From positions 71,097 through 135,096 of the IMG/VR virus record IMGVR_UViG_3300032243_001028: a stretch of 64,000 nt of DNA; one strand, written 5' to 3'. This DNA comes from a virus (lineage: Duplodnaviria; Caudoviricetes). This document shows positions 19,801 to 29,190 of the stretch, piece after piece. Within the stretch, counting starts at the first letter, position 1. Each line of letters opens with the position of its first letter. The position numbers were made by a program, and so were the translations under genes. The notes under the pieces are model-generated. The model was not told where the DNA came from and ran no database searches. It worked only from the letters and a program-made list of their open reading frames with translations.

Positions 19801-22083
19801 AATACTGGAAATATAAATATTACAACTGGAGGCCTAACCAATACTAATGCTAGCGGAACAACTGGAAGCATTTATATAAATGCTGGGGATCTTACTGGAG
19901 CATTTGCTACTGGAACTCCAGGATCTATAAATATAGGAAATACCACTCTAAATATAAATATTGGATATACGGGTGGAGCAAGTACTATTAATATTCCTGG
20001 AACAGTGAATATTGGTACTTCAAGTATTACTACAACAATAAATGGAAATTTAAATCTAGCTTCTGGCTCGGTTTTGAGATTAAATGGCGCAACAATTTTA
20101 GATACTAATGCTCCAAAAAGCATAGCAAGGTTGATGGGGTACACATCAACAGTTACATCTGGAACAGCATATGTACTATCAAATACAAGCTCTTATTATC
20201 AGCAATTTACTGGAAGCACTGCTCAAACAATTACTCTTCCAGTTACAAGTACTTTAATAACTGGTTGGACATTCCATCTTGTAAATAATAATAGTGCTGG
20301 AAACTTGACAGTTAACTCTTCTGGTGGAAACTTAGTGATCACCGTTCCTCCTAACACTACTGCAATGGTAACTTGTATCGGGACTACTTTAACTACTGCC
20401 GCAGATTGGGAATCTGGTATCACAGATTTCAGTACTTACACCGGTACTGGAAACGTAGTTATGTCTTCTTCTCCAACACTATCTTCTCCAGTTATATCTA
20501 CAATTACAAATACTGGAACTCTTACGCTTCCGACTGCAACTGGAACTTTAGCATTAAATCCTACAACTGCTAAGGGTGATTTGATCTATGCTTCGGCTAC
20601 AGGAACTCCTGGAACTTTAGCTGCCTTAGCTGTTCCGGGCACAAATGGTTATGTGCTTACCTATAACTCTACTTCTGGTCTTCCAGAATGGGCAGCCGCA
20701 GCTTCTGGTGGATCTCTTGGGTACGTTGGTCAGACTCAAACTACATCTTCTGGTACAAACATGGCTATTACTGGTATTACGTCAATTACCGGTCCTACTG
20801 GAACTACAGCCATTGCTTTAAACAGTGCAGCTGTTACTGGGGCTGCTTCAGGTGCAATAAACGTTATTACTGGTGCTACTACTACCTCTGGTACAACCGG
20901 TGCTGTAACACTTCGATCTGGAAACTCGGCTGCCGCGTCTGGTGCAGTAACTATTTCTACTGGAACTGCTACAGCACCAGCTAACGGTGGAGCTTTGACA
21001 TTAAGCACTGGTAATGGTTCGGGAATTGGAAGTACATCCGGAGCAATTTCTATTCTAACTGGTAATGCTGGCTCTACAGGTAACTCTGGTGCCATAACCA
21101 TTGACGTTGGAACATTTAGTACTGGATCTGCTGGAACAATTGGTATTGGTACCACTAACGAAGCTGCGTCTATAACTATCGGTAAGGCATCTTCTACTAA
21201 AGTAATAACTTTAAATGGGACAGTTAATTATGCAGGTACAACAAGTTCAATACAGTTAAATGGTTCCGCTGGAACTTCAGGTCAAGTTCTAACTTCTGCT
21301 GGTGCAGGTGCAACCCCTACTTGGACTACAGTATCTGGCGGTTCATTTACTGGTGGAGTACTTACATCTTCTCTAACGTTGCGTTTAGGTGGTGTAGGAA
21401 CCGCTGGAACTGGACCACTCTACTTTGACAGCACATCTGGTGCAACTAATATTCTTACTACTCCAGTTGCTGGTGCAGTAGAGTATGACGGAACAGCATT
21501 TTACAAAACCCCTAATGCCACTACAGGTAGAGCAGTTGATGTTGCTTCTTACTACTATGTTTCTGATGGTTCTTATGCTGCTGATTTTTCAATCACTGCT
21601 ACTGCTAAAAGCATTTTTGGAAGCGCCACGACTGGTCTAGTGCTTGTTGCTGGAACAACTTATGAGTTTGAACTAAACGTAACTACCTCCGTAACTGCTG
21701 TTGGTTCAGCCTCAACAGCAAAAAGCCACTCATTTTTACTAACTACCGTGTCTGGGTCACCTACTACAACTATCTACCAGCAAATCTCAATAGCAACTAA
21801 CACAACAAGTTTGGCAACTGCATCAACACCAACCACTCGCACAATCACCAGCAACGCCACTGTTACAGTGATTGCCGCTGCTACTGCTGGAACTTCTAGG
21901 TATTCAATCTATAACGTAAAAGGCATTATTCGTGTAACTGGCACAGGTAGCGTAAAGATTTCACCAGCAGCCACAGCCACTGGCGTTGACCCTGATTACT
22001 CTTTCCTTGTTGGTGCTGGTTCTTACATAAAAATAACCCCTATCGGTAACGGAACTGTTGCTGGTGTCGGTACATGGGCATAA
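16810..22083 (+). CDS. tail fibre / receptor-binding protein
   Basis: 1757 aa, S/T/G-rich; GWRIDGYGNSEFANVYVRG fibre motif; GTSGQVLTSAGAGATPTW and TAKGDLIYA fibre repeats. Confidence 0.8.
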   Translation: MANRRIQRGKELSDYLRAMSEDVTKLNNRNHVTSIAANAIGSNEIGEDIVLDNKSISSLNYLPGVSGWRIDGYGNSEFANVYVRGNINAYSGTIGYWNISQPLVKRTFGDYVIQGTLIESSNIGLTDDNVTSGTYVGLFKSYIDDQIDIISISRDSEIAEVTVADHNYSIGDYVKVRVYEDSTFNTDSSVIIDISGNTYKYHSVGPDTVIPEVNGFSILAIRDIAGLYLRDYSKSEFDYGYFSNTGVAYVSAEDVNLVKNPSFEYLTLYASRISSDLSWTTSSGYTFALEQFNDGTNPQYQYDSSYGASITWDSPAPSTYISGTLDYAVGSTYNLYRSGRILYLGMNIFPKYNAYASTPTSVARQIVTGTFTSASSTTTQITYTGTGLNFVVGQRLKVTGFGDSAHNITNVKITSASSTTVVVTRNGAAVATSTGTGSASVLVWKVTTSTDHYLDAYDTALLDFEGNKYDSLYGEYFDYVPRMISTGVYVRTYSVLAYPSRTRSSGNYTFYVSSDNYVDEVNGAGSPVSMTSLDPIGTNPDVATDPYGFTRPVQVYKVVNAAYDISQVRFRFGNGSTVAISDVASIATKSQWNSGINKYYISDSTLYANGYRDATRGLPYMYKSDAIIIDSNLLDYSYSILDETNHALGTDISIDIPAWFYTHDGAGTVVDSTTKFEMNAISNGIGFILDNVYLSTSNKIFYGDVLSTNRWYSDTVEIPTYNPSQASIEGTKKWLNIDLDTQTAYLNYFNYIGFKPSNFSKTMFLNPSLGTSGTNALKILKPTDYETTALSSGEYQYVDNAENYQNLSAYLNLTSGDREAGFELVSSKKEHLITTSTVLFENYALIAGYYDKYNLRSVIQASADRFAISANGLEGKFDRFWVDNLGIGGSLKNSLTLTADSGTNDGTDRYKFNNYSSQSLNFVGSSTITITKTAGTWTFSASGAVSGYIGTTAVQASSAAQGMTGISSISSLSAITITSAGGSATSLYSGSSSSVSGNTGNINITTGGLTNTNASGTTGSIYINAGDLTGAFATGTPGSINIGNTTLNINIGYTGGASTINIPGTVNIGTSSITTTINGNLNLASGSVLRLNGATILDTNAPKSIARLMGYTSTVTSGTAYVLSNTSSYYQQFTGSTAQTITLPVTSTLITGWTFHLVNNNSAGNLTVNSSGGNLVITVPPNTTAMVTCIGTTLTTAADWESGITDFSTYTGTGNVVMSSSPTLSSPVISTITNTGTLTLPTATGTLALNPTTAKGDLIYASATGTPGTLAALAVPGTNGYVLTYNSTSGLPEWAAAASGGSLGYVGQTQTTSSGTNMAITGITSITGPTGTTAIALNSAAVTGAASGAINVITGATTTSGTTGAVTLRSGNSAAASGAVTISTGTATAPANGGALTLSTGNGSGIGSTSGAISILTGNAGSTGNSGAITIDVGTFSTGSAGTIGIGTTNEAASITIGKASSTKVITLNGTVNYAGTTSSIQLNGSAGTSGQVLTSAGAGATPTWTTVSGGSFTGGVLTSSLTLRLGGVGTAGTGPLYFDSTSGATNILTTPVAGAVEYDGTAFYKTPNATTGRAVDVASYYYVSDGSYAADFSITATAKSIFGSATTGLVLVAGTTYEFELNVTTSVTAVGSASTAKSHSFLLTTVSGSPTTTIYQQISIATNTTSLATASTPTTRTITSNATVTVIAAATAGTSRYSIYNVKGIIRVTGTGSVKISPAATATGVDPDYSFLVGAGSYIKITPIGNGTVAGVGTWA

Positions 22084-22092
22084 GGATAACTA

Positions 22093-22236
22093 ATGGATGA
22101 GATAAACGAACTACTGGCTTACTGGGAGACTGAAGGTCTAGTAAATCCTCAAGCATTGAAAGCCGCCCATGATGCTATTATCCTACTAGTGGCTAAAGTA
22201 GAAGAATTAGAAGAGCAAATTAAGAATCTTTCTTAG
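22093..22236 (+). CDS. small coiled-coil protein, possible fibre chaperone (47 aa, not in ORF track)
   Basis: AAGGA RBS; MDEINELLAYWETEG...LLVAKVEELEEQIKNLS; directly after fibre gene. Confidence 0.55.
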   Translation: MDEINELLAYWETEGLVNPQALKAAHDAIILLVAKVEELEEQIKNLS

Positions 22237-22375
22237 GTCTAGGCTCTTGCTCTGGACGTCGAACAAATACTATTCCCTGATGTTTTAGTTCGCAGCACTC
22301 TGCTAGTTTTCTAACAACAAATACTTGTTTGCACTCGCTGCACTGATATGGATCTTTTCCATTATTCTGTTTCAC
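22220..22375 (-). CDS. small zinc-finger-like protein (51 aa, GTG start, not in ORF track)
   Basis: Translates to MKQNNGKDPYQCSECKQVFVVRKLAECCELKHQG...; C2H2-like spacing. Confidence 0.45.
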   Translation of the reverse strand: MKQNNGKDPYQCSECKQVFVVRKLAECCELKHQGIVFVRRPEQEPRPKKDS

Positions 22376-22481
22376 TCGGGGCCTTACGGTCTGCGATCAT
22401 TACTAGTTTATTATCTCATGCGTGTCAGACTGTATTGTGCTAGTGTCTTTGTATAAAGTTACTATATAGATAGGAGACAAA

Positions 22482-23024
22482 ATGACTAAATTTATTGGAA
22501 TATCTGGACTGGCTAGATCTGGAAAAGATACTGCCGCTGAGTATTTGGTTAAGAATCATGGATTTACGCGGGTATCTTTTGCTGATCCAATGAGAGAAGC
22601 ACTACTTGCATTAGATCCAAGCGTAGCGTTTGGCATATCCTCCATAAAATTATCAACATTGGTCAGGCTTGGTGGCTGGGATAGAGCTAAAGAAGATAAT
22701 CCTGAAGTAAGAGAGCTTATCCAAAAAATGGGTACTGAAGTAGGACGTAATATTTTTGGTAGCAATTTTTGGGTAGATCAAGCTTTTAAAAAAGCTGAGC
22801 AATACGACAAAGTTGTATTTTCAGACTGTAGATTTATTAATGAAGCAGATGCTGTGGCATCTCGTGGGGGATCTATTTGGAGAATAAATAGACCTGGGCT
22901 TCTTGCTCCAAATAATCATATATCTGAAAAAGAATTAAATAATTACAATTTTAATGCTGTTCTAAGTAATGACAGCACTATAGAAAATTTTTATGGCAAA
23001 ATTGAAAAACTTTTGGAGCTTTAA
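22482..23024 (+). CDS. deoxynucleoside monophosphate kinase
   Basis: P-loop GLARSGKDT, SFADPMRE, QKMGTEVGR, SDCRFINE, HISE motifs. Confidence 0.9.
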   Translation: MTKFIGISGLARSGKDTAAEYLVKNHGFTRVSFADPMREALLALDPSVAFGISSIKLSTLVRLGGWDRAKEDNPEVRELIQKMGTEVGRNIFGSNFWVDQAFKKAEQYDKVVFSDCRFINEADAVASRGGSIWRINRPGLLAPNNHISEKELNNYNFNAVLSNDSTIENFYGKIEKLLEL

Positions 23025-23680
23025 TGTCTGATCAAGGAATAGCACTTTTATATGCTCGTGTGTCTACCCAGCTCCAGGTAAGTGATGGAGTTTCATTAGA
23101 TGTTCAAGAACGTCAGCTACGTCAAGCTGCTGAACTAGCTGGATATACAGAGTTTGAACTTGTCCGTGAGGAGGGTCGCTCAGGTAAGTCAATTACGGGC
23201 CGTCCGGCTCTTACAGCCGCTTTAAAGCGTTTAGATACTGGGACTGCTTCAGCCCTATTTGTGACGCGTATCGACCGCTTAGCCCGTTCTACGAAGGATT
23301 TCTTGAGCATCATTGACCGAGCCAATGCTAATAAATGGCGTCTAGTCATGCTTGATCTAAATTTGGATACAGCTAGTTATCAAGGACGCTTTGTGGTTAC
23401 AATTATGTCTGCTTTGGCAGAGATGGAACGTGGGATTATTGCTGAACGTCAAAAGGATGTTCACAAAGATCGACGGGCCCGAGGTATTAAATGGGGTGTT
23501 GATATGGGCCCTAAAAATAAAACTTCTAATGAAGTAAAAGATCTCATTAGAAAACAGAAAGATTCTGGTCTTTCATTTCACGAAATAGCTAGACGATTAA
23601 ATAATAATGGCGTACCAACCCAAAATGGAGGGAAATGGTACGCCACTACAGTTAAAAATATTTACGATTCTTTAGATTAA
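23024..23680 (+). CDS. small serine recombinase (resolvase/invertase family) with C-terminal recombinase-type helix
   Basis: YARVST catalytic Ser, SGKSITGRP, TRIDRLARS; C-terminal IARRLN...GGKWYATTV. Confidence 0.92.
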   Translation: MSDQGIALLYARVSTQLQVSDGVSLDVQERQLRQAAELAGYTEFELVREEGRSGKSITGRPALTAALKRLDTGTASALFVTRIDRLARSTKDFLSIIDRANANKWRLVMLDLNLDTASYQGRFVVTIMSALAEMERGIIAERQKDVHKDRRARGIKWGVDMGPKNKTSNEVKDLIRKQKDSGLSFHEIARRLNNNGVPTQNGGKWYATTVKNIYDSLD

Positions 23681-24405
23681 TCTCTCTTCATAATTGTTTG
23701 AGCAAAACTGCCAGCAAAACCGTAATTTCCATAGTGAACTGTGTCAATCCACGGGGCAGCATAAATCTTCCCGCCAATAGACTTCCATCTTTCACAGAAA
23801 TAGTAATCTTCCCCGAGAAGTTGACCGTGCTCGTCAAATTGCATATCAAAAAATTGTGTAAGTTCGCGCTCAACTTGTTTTCCGTTGTGTTGAGTTATAT
23901 CTTTATACGTTTTACAACTTGGAGCTAGCTCTTCAAAAACTCTTCGACTTATATAGACAAGTCCAGTTCCAATTCTTTCAACTTCAAGTGGTTCCGTAAT
24001 TTTAATTTCAGTACCGCTAGGAATTACTCCGGTAAAAAATCCTGCATATTTTTCAAGATCTTCTTCACCGTTTAATGCAGCTTGTCTTACTTGCTCCCAG
24101 TTAATAGCTTTTTTAGGGTAAATAGCTCCAATAAAATCTTTCCCAGAGTGCACCATGTCTGCTACTCCAATTGGATCAAATCCAGTGTCTGCGTCAATAA
24201 ATAAAATTCCATCAGCTTCTTTATTTTGAAGCATGTCGTGGACTAGAGCGTCTCTACCTCTACTAATAATGCTCTCATTACTAATTACTGGATAAAACAT
24301 TGAGTCTCCCATACCAGCTAACGTAAAAGATAGCGGAAGAACGCTGTGCATATATCCCCCATGACACATACCACCGTACATAGGGGTAGCAATTGCAATT
24401 AACAT
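23677..24405 (-). CDS. GT-A fold glycosyltransferase-like protein
   Basis: IATPMYGG, NESIISRGR, LFIDAD (DxD), GEDYYFC motifs. Confidence 0.75.
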   Translation of the reverse strand: MLIAIATPMYGGMCHGGYMHSVLPLSFTLAGMGDSMFYPVISNESIISRGRDALVHDMLQNKEADGILFIDADTGFDPIGVADMVHSGKDFIGAIYPKKAINWEQVRQAALNGEEDLEKYAGFFTGVIPSGTEIKITEPLEVERIGTGLVYISRRVFEELAPSCKTYKDITQHNGKQVERELTQFFDMQFDEHGQLLGEDYYFCERWKSIGGKIYAAPWIDTVHYGNYGFAGSFAQTIMKRD

Positions 24406-24423
24406 AAAACTCCTTAATTATTA

Positions 24424-24451
24424 GAGGAAGGGGTCTTTTCAGACCCCCTCC
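24424..24451 (-). terminator. GC-rich hairpin after primase gene
   Basis: GGAAGGGGTCT-TTTC-AGACCCCCTCC inverted repeat. Confidence 0.45.
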
Positions 24452-24499
24452 ATGTCTTTCTCCCGAATAGATCCCAAGACACAATTAAATCCTATACCA

Positions 24500-27100
24500 C
24501 TAGTGCGCTAGGCGTACTGCAACATTCCAATCAATTTCTTTGGATTCTACTGCTCTAGGAGCTAACGTTCTATTCTTAATTTCAGCTTTAGATCCTTGGC
24601 CTATAATCTGTAGACCTCTGTCTGAAAGCTTTCTATGGAATGCGATCTGAGTAAGTGGACGCTCACCACGTTCATCAGACCACATTCTATAAATTGAGTA
24701 CATTTGCTTAACTAAAACCGAAGCACCATCGTTTTCACGAGTTTCTTCATTCAAAAACATGCCAATGCGATCTTCATTCTTACGATAGATCTCGGCTGCC
24801 TCAGAAACGGCCATACACCACCCTAAAGGGTCTCTAGCAGACGATCCTAGGTATTTTATAGCTCCCTCTACAGCCCAAGCTAAAACAGCCGGTAGACCGC
24901 CTTCAGGGTCGAATAGATAGGCTTTTAGGTCTGGGTCTGGGGACTCAGGTACGTTACTCCATGGAATAGGTCTAATACGACGCCACATAGCGTCATCATT
25001 GATCATTGGACGGTGATTAGTTGTAATCCACAGCTTGGCCTGAGCTTTAAATGTGAATGGTTTTTCACCTGGGGAACGTGCTGAGATTTCAGATGAACCG
25101 GTAAGTTTCTTAACAGCATTCTCTTTTAGACGTTCAGATTCAGGTAACTCGTCTACCCAAACCATTCTGCGACCACGCAACTCGGCCCAGTGGTACATAT
25201 CTGTGCTGCTAGTGCTAGCACCTGTGTCAGCAAGAATGCTTGAATCTAGAGGCCAAGCATACTGTTGAGTTCCAAGAGCTTTAACGATTGCTTCAACAAA
25301 TGTATTCTTACCAGAACCTGGGGGGCCGTAGACAAGAAACATAAGGTCCTGATTGTTTAGGCCAGTAAGTGTGTAGCCAACTGCTCGTTGAATCCAGTCT
25401 TGAAGTTCTTTATCTGCACCAGTAGCAAAATCAATAAATTGCTCCCAGCGCATATTACGCATACCGGGAGTATAAGACAAAGGAATACGCTTTGTAATGT
25501 GTAAGTCTGGACGACCTTTCATAAGTTCACCGGTCTTTAGATTGATAACACCGTTTAACACACCTAATAAATATTCATCACCGTCCCATGACTCGACAGA
25601 TGTAATTACTCTACTATCAGAGTTTGCACTTTCAATGGCAGCATTCAATCTACTGTTTGATCTAACTTGGTTAGCCCACTTAATGACTTCTCCACGCTTA
25701 TCTTCATCAGTGTAATTAACCACTTCAGTAGTAATAACAGTTGGTAAGTGTTTAGCTAACTCTTTCATTCCAAGGTCCTCGGCATCTGGTTTCCAGTACT
25801 GACCATCCCAAATAAACCAACCAATACCAGGAGTATATCGAACTGAAGATCCAAACGAATCAATTAATCGACGTCCATTACCGATATCAGATAGAGATCT
25901 TCTACCTGGCTCACCGCCCTCGGCTTCTGAAATAGCATCAACGTTCTTTGGTACATCCACGTTACCGCTACTAAAAGCATCTGAAATAGATATACCGTTG
26001 TGGGCTGCTTCAGATATTGAGTGCCCTACAGTTCCAATTTGAGATCTTGCTGTTGGGCTAGGCTCTGATTCTATTTTTGATTTAGCGGATCTAGATTCTT
26101 CTTGAGATCTATTTGCCCAATCTTGAAGTCCAGGCCAAATCTTTTCTGTAATAGGATTTTCAGCAACAAAATCCATTGCACGGCGGACGTGCATAAGAAG
26201 TGAGTTAACACCCTCTAGTTCCATTGGTGGACGTACTTTTTCATAGTTAAAACGAATCATTAAAGTTTCAACCATTAAACGTTTTTCTGGGGTTTCTACT
26301 CCGTATTTATTTGATAGAGCACAGGCAAGTTTATAAATGTCTATGGCTCGGGAGCCTTCGTCAATTCCTTCTTCAAGAATCTTGGCAATATCTACTCGAT
26401 CACCTTTATAATCGAGATCTCCCATCCAACCCCAATCGCCGTCGGAGTGGGATGATCCAGATTTACGATTCTTTTTACGAATAACCTCTAGTAAAGCTTC
26501 CGGGGCATCTGCCATTTTAATTTCCCATGGAGCATGTCCTGGCTTCCATTCATAGTTGACTCCAGATCCATGGCGGCTAGGTGCAAGCATTACATACCCA
26601 TTGTGCTTGATGTCAATACCGTTTAAACCGCTAGCTTTTAAATTACCTACAAACTGTTCTAAATTATCTACTTTAAAAAATAAGTGACGTCCACGTTCAG
26701 CTCGACCGTTATATGTATAACGTCCAGTAAGAGCTTCCACTGTGTTCGGTAGCGCACCGTCCAGTAGTTCATCTAGTTTTTCAAATGACTCGATACCACC
26801 TGAGCGAGGATCGATGTCAATAACAATAAATCCAGATGGTTGACAAAATACTCCAATGTTATTGATAGGAGATGCATTCCACCAGTTATGAATAACTAGT
26901 TGATCGTCTGTGGCACGTGAGTTCCATTCACCAATAGCTGGGTGTTTACCTACATCTTTAGGTTCACCATGAATACCATTACAGGTACAGCGACCACCGT
27001 CATCAATACCGTGGCAAGGTAGGATTTTCCAACCTTGCTGAGCATACCAGACGGATGCTTTAGATAATTTCTCAATGTGAGTAGATTCAGGTTGAGTCAT
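24500..27100 (-). CDS. bifunctional primase-polymerase fused to D5/P4-type SF3 helicase
   Basis: N-terminal Prim-Pol motifs (GKHP, NIGV, VIDIDP, GRHLFF, GYVMLAPS); Walker A GPPGSGKNT; D5_N motifs. Confidence 0.92.
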   Translation of the reverse strand: MTQPESTHIEKLSKASVWYAQQGWKILPCHGIDDGGRCTCNGIHGEPKDVGKHPAIGEWNSRATDDQLVIHNWWNASPINNIGVFCQPSGFIVIDIDPRSGGIESFEKLDELLDGALPNTVEALTGRYTYNGRAERGRHLFFKVDNLEQFVGNLKASGLNGIDIKHNGYVMLAPSRHGSGVNYEWKPGHAPWEIKMADAPEALLEVIRKKNRKSGSSHSDGDWGWMGDLDYKGDRVDIAKILEEGIDEGSRAIDIYKLACALSNKYGVETPEKRLMVETLMIRFNYEKVRPPMELEGVNSLLMHVRRAMDFVAENPITEKIWPGLQDWANRSQEESRSAKSKIESEPSPTARSQIGTVGHSISEAAHNGISISDAFSSGNVDVPKNVDAISEAEGGEPGRRSLSDIGNGRRLIDSFGSSVRYTPGIGWFIWDGQYWKPDAEDLGMKELAKHLPTVITTEVVNYTDEDKRGEVIKWANQVRSNSRLNAAIESANSDSRVITSVESWDGDEYLLGVLNGVINLKTGELMKGRPDLHITKRIPLSYTPGMRNMRWEQFIDFATGADKELQDWIQRAVGYTLTGLNNQDLMFLVYGPPGSGKNTFVEAIVKALGTQQYAWPLDSSILADTGASTSSTDMYHWAELRGRRMVWVDELPESERLKENAVKKLTGSSEISARSPGEKPFTFKAQAKLWITTNHRPMINDDAMWRRIRPIPWSNVPESPDPDLKAYLFDPEGGLPAVLAWAVEGAIKYLGSSARDPLGWCMAVSEAAEIYRKNEDRIGMFLNEETRENDGASVLVKQMYSIYRMWSDERGERPLTQIAFHRKLSDRGLQIIGQGSKAEIKNRTLAPRAVESKEIDWNVAVRLAH

Positions 27101-27151
27101 AGTTAGTTACCTGCCGTAAATTGTCGTTGCATAAAAAGCCTCTCAATAGGA

Positions 27152-27173
27152 GCTGTATCAAAAACGATACAGC
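27152..27173. promoter_or_regulatory. perfect 8-bp inverted repeat upstream of primase gene
   Basis: GCTGTATC-AAAAAC-GATACAGC. Confidence 0.4.
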
Positions 27174-27311
27174 AAGGACGTGAAAAATTCAAGTTGAAAT
27201 GTAATTTTAATTACTTTAAAAAAGAAAGCGTAGCACGTCTAGGGCTAATCGCCGATCAAGTGGTAGGGTACAATTATACACATAATATCCGTCATCAATT
27301 AAGGCATTATT

Positions 27312-27641
27312 TTGATCATCGACCAAGTTTTTACCGTGTCAGCTGTGGTAACAGCAATTGGCGTCATTGTTGGCGGAATTGTGGCTATCTATAGAATAAC
27401 ACATAAAATTCAAAAATCTATTGGATTAGACTCTCAAGGTAGAACAATTTCTGAAAGATTAGACCGAGTCGAGCACCAACTTTGGGAAAATGGTGGCAGT
27501 TCATTGGCTGATAGAGTCAATACTATTGAGCTTCATGTTGTAAAAACTCAGGCTGAAATTGGACTAATTAAGAATTTTGTTTTGGGCGTGTCATCTGAGC
27601 CTACTTCTACTAAGAAAACTAGACTAAAAAAAGTTGTTTAA
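27312..27641 (+). CDS. membrane protein (N-terminal TM helix plus coiled coil, NGGSSLAD motif)
   Basis: TM segment followed by ENGGSSLADRV, a motif frequent in actinophage membrane/lysis-associated proteins. Confidence 0.65.
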   Translation: MIIDQVFTVSAVVTAIGVIVGGIVAIYRITHKIQKSIGLDSQGRTISERLDRVEHQLWENGGSSLADRVNTIELHVVKTQAEIGLIKNFVLGVSSEPTSTKKTRLKKVV

Positions 27642-27709
27642 TTTGCTATAAAAGTAGTAAAAAGACGTTAGTATTAAAAAGACATACATGACACACTAAG
27701 GAGTACTAT

Positions 27710-27973
27710 ATGTCTCTATCGGATAAGTTAGCCGAAGCTTCAAAAAAATCAGGATCTAAATGTAAACTAGGAGCTTTGCTTATGGGTACCGTTTTGCCTG
27801 AAAAAGATCGTAACTATTTAATTGATGCTCTATCTGTACCTGAGGGAGATCCTCGTAGAATATCTAATGTAGATATAGGAAGAGTTCTTCGAGATGAAGG
27901 ATTTGACCTTTCAGATAGTTCAGTTGATCGTCATCGCCGCAAAGATTGTGGTTGCTACAGGAAGGTAGCCTAA
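27710..27973 (+). CDS. small HTH-like Cys/His protein
   Basis: AAGGAG RBS; ...SSVDRHRRKDCGC; coupled to the metallophosphoesterase gene. Confidence 0.6.
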   Translation: MSLSDKLAEASKKSGSKCKLGALLMGTVLPEKDRNYLIDALSVPEGDPRRISNVDIGRVLRDEGFDLSDSSVDRHRRKDCGCYRKVA

Positions 27974-29190
27974 TGGGTATTTCAGATAAATTAGAAACTT
28001 TAGCAAGTCCCGGAGTTAGTGGTTCAGATATTAAATCATTAAACACTCCAGAAGATTGGCGACCACGTTTAGATGTCGATGACTCTAAAGGTGGTTTTGT
28101 TGTATCTAAGCCTCACCCGGTAGGGGAGATTCCTGATACCGCTGATGTACTAAAAGAATTTGATCTAGATCCGAACTCATGGACAGTGACTTCTTTACGT
28201 CGTTCGCGTTGGCAGACGTATAGCGGTGAGTGGTTAGAATCAGTTCGTGTAAACGTCACCCCATCTAGCCTTATTATTGCTGATACTTTAGATGCAGAAG
28301 CTCTTATTGATGAAGTTAAGAAATGGCGTCCAGAACGTGGAATCAAAGTTGCTACTGGAAATGGTGCTTATGTTGTAGCTCCGAGCGATCAGCAAATTGG
28401 TAAAAAAGCTAATGGTCAGGGCACTCAACAATCAATTGATCGTATTCTTTACTTAACTGAAGCTTCAATAAATAGATTTAAAGATCTTAAAAAAATTGGT
28501 TTGAACTTAGGAACCATTGTTCTAGCTCTCCCGGGAGACCATGTTGAAGGTCTTACAAGTCAGAATGGACGTTTGCAAGGTCAAGCAGCATCTGATTTAG
28601 GACTTACAGAACAGGTGCGTGTTGCACGTCGATTGCTTATGGCACAAATTAAAGCTTTAGCTCCTTATGCAGAGCGTATAGTTGTTCCTGTTATCAACGG
28701 AAATCACGATGAGGTAACTCGTCAAGTTGCAGCTGATCCAGCTGATGGATGGAATGTTGAAATTGCTTCAGCAGTGCAAGATGCATGTGCCGAGAATCCA
28801 GCGTTACAACATGTTGAGTTTAGATACCCATCCTCTGGTCATCAAACTCTTACAGTTGATATTAATGGAACTATGCTTGGACTATTCCATGGTCACCAGG
28901 TTGGTAGAGACGTTATGAAATACTTATCTGGGCAAGCTGCAGGTCAAACTGCACTAGGTCTTGCTGATATTTGGATTTCTGGCCACTATCACAATTTTAA
29001 ATCGATGGATATTGGTCAACGTTTGTGGCTACAGTGTCCTACAACTGATCCAGGATCTGAATGGTTCCGTGATCGTGCCGGTCTTGAATCTAAGCCTGGC
29101 TTGTTGACATTGGTTATGGGTGGAGATTACGAACCTCGAGAGCACATAAGTGTTCTAGCTGTTAATCCAGATCTTCTTCCAACTCGTTAA
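27973..29190 (+). CDS. calcineurin-like metallophosphoesterase / nuclease
   Basis: SDQQIG, GDHVEG, GNHDE, FHGH, GHYH motifs; ATG overlaps upstream stop. Confidence 0.85.
   Translation: MGISDKLETLASPGVSGSDIKSLNTPEDWRPRLDVDDSKGGFVVSKPHPVGEIPDTADVLKEFDLDPNSWTVTSLRRSRWQTYSGEWLESVRVNVTPSSLIIADTLDAEALIDEVKKWRPERGIKVATGNGAYVVAPSDQQIGKKANGQGTQQSIDRILYLTEASINRFKDLKKIGLNLGTIVLALPGDHVEGLTSQNGRLQGQAASDLGLTEQVRVARRLLMAQIKALAPYAERIVVPVINGNHDEVTRQVAADPADGWNVEIASAVQDACAENPALQHVEFRYPSSGHQTLTVDINGTMLGLFHGHQVGRDVMKYLSGQAAGQTALGLADIWISGHYHNFKSMDIGQRLWLQCPTTDPGSEWFRDRAGLESKPGLLTLVMGGDYEPREHISVLAVNPDLLPTR

Noticed and set aside
21500-23700. Tail-fibre shufflon driven by the serine recombinase
   Set aside because: No inverted recombination sites or alternative fibre ends found by eye
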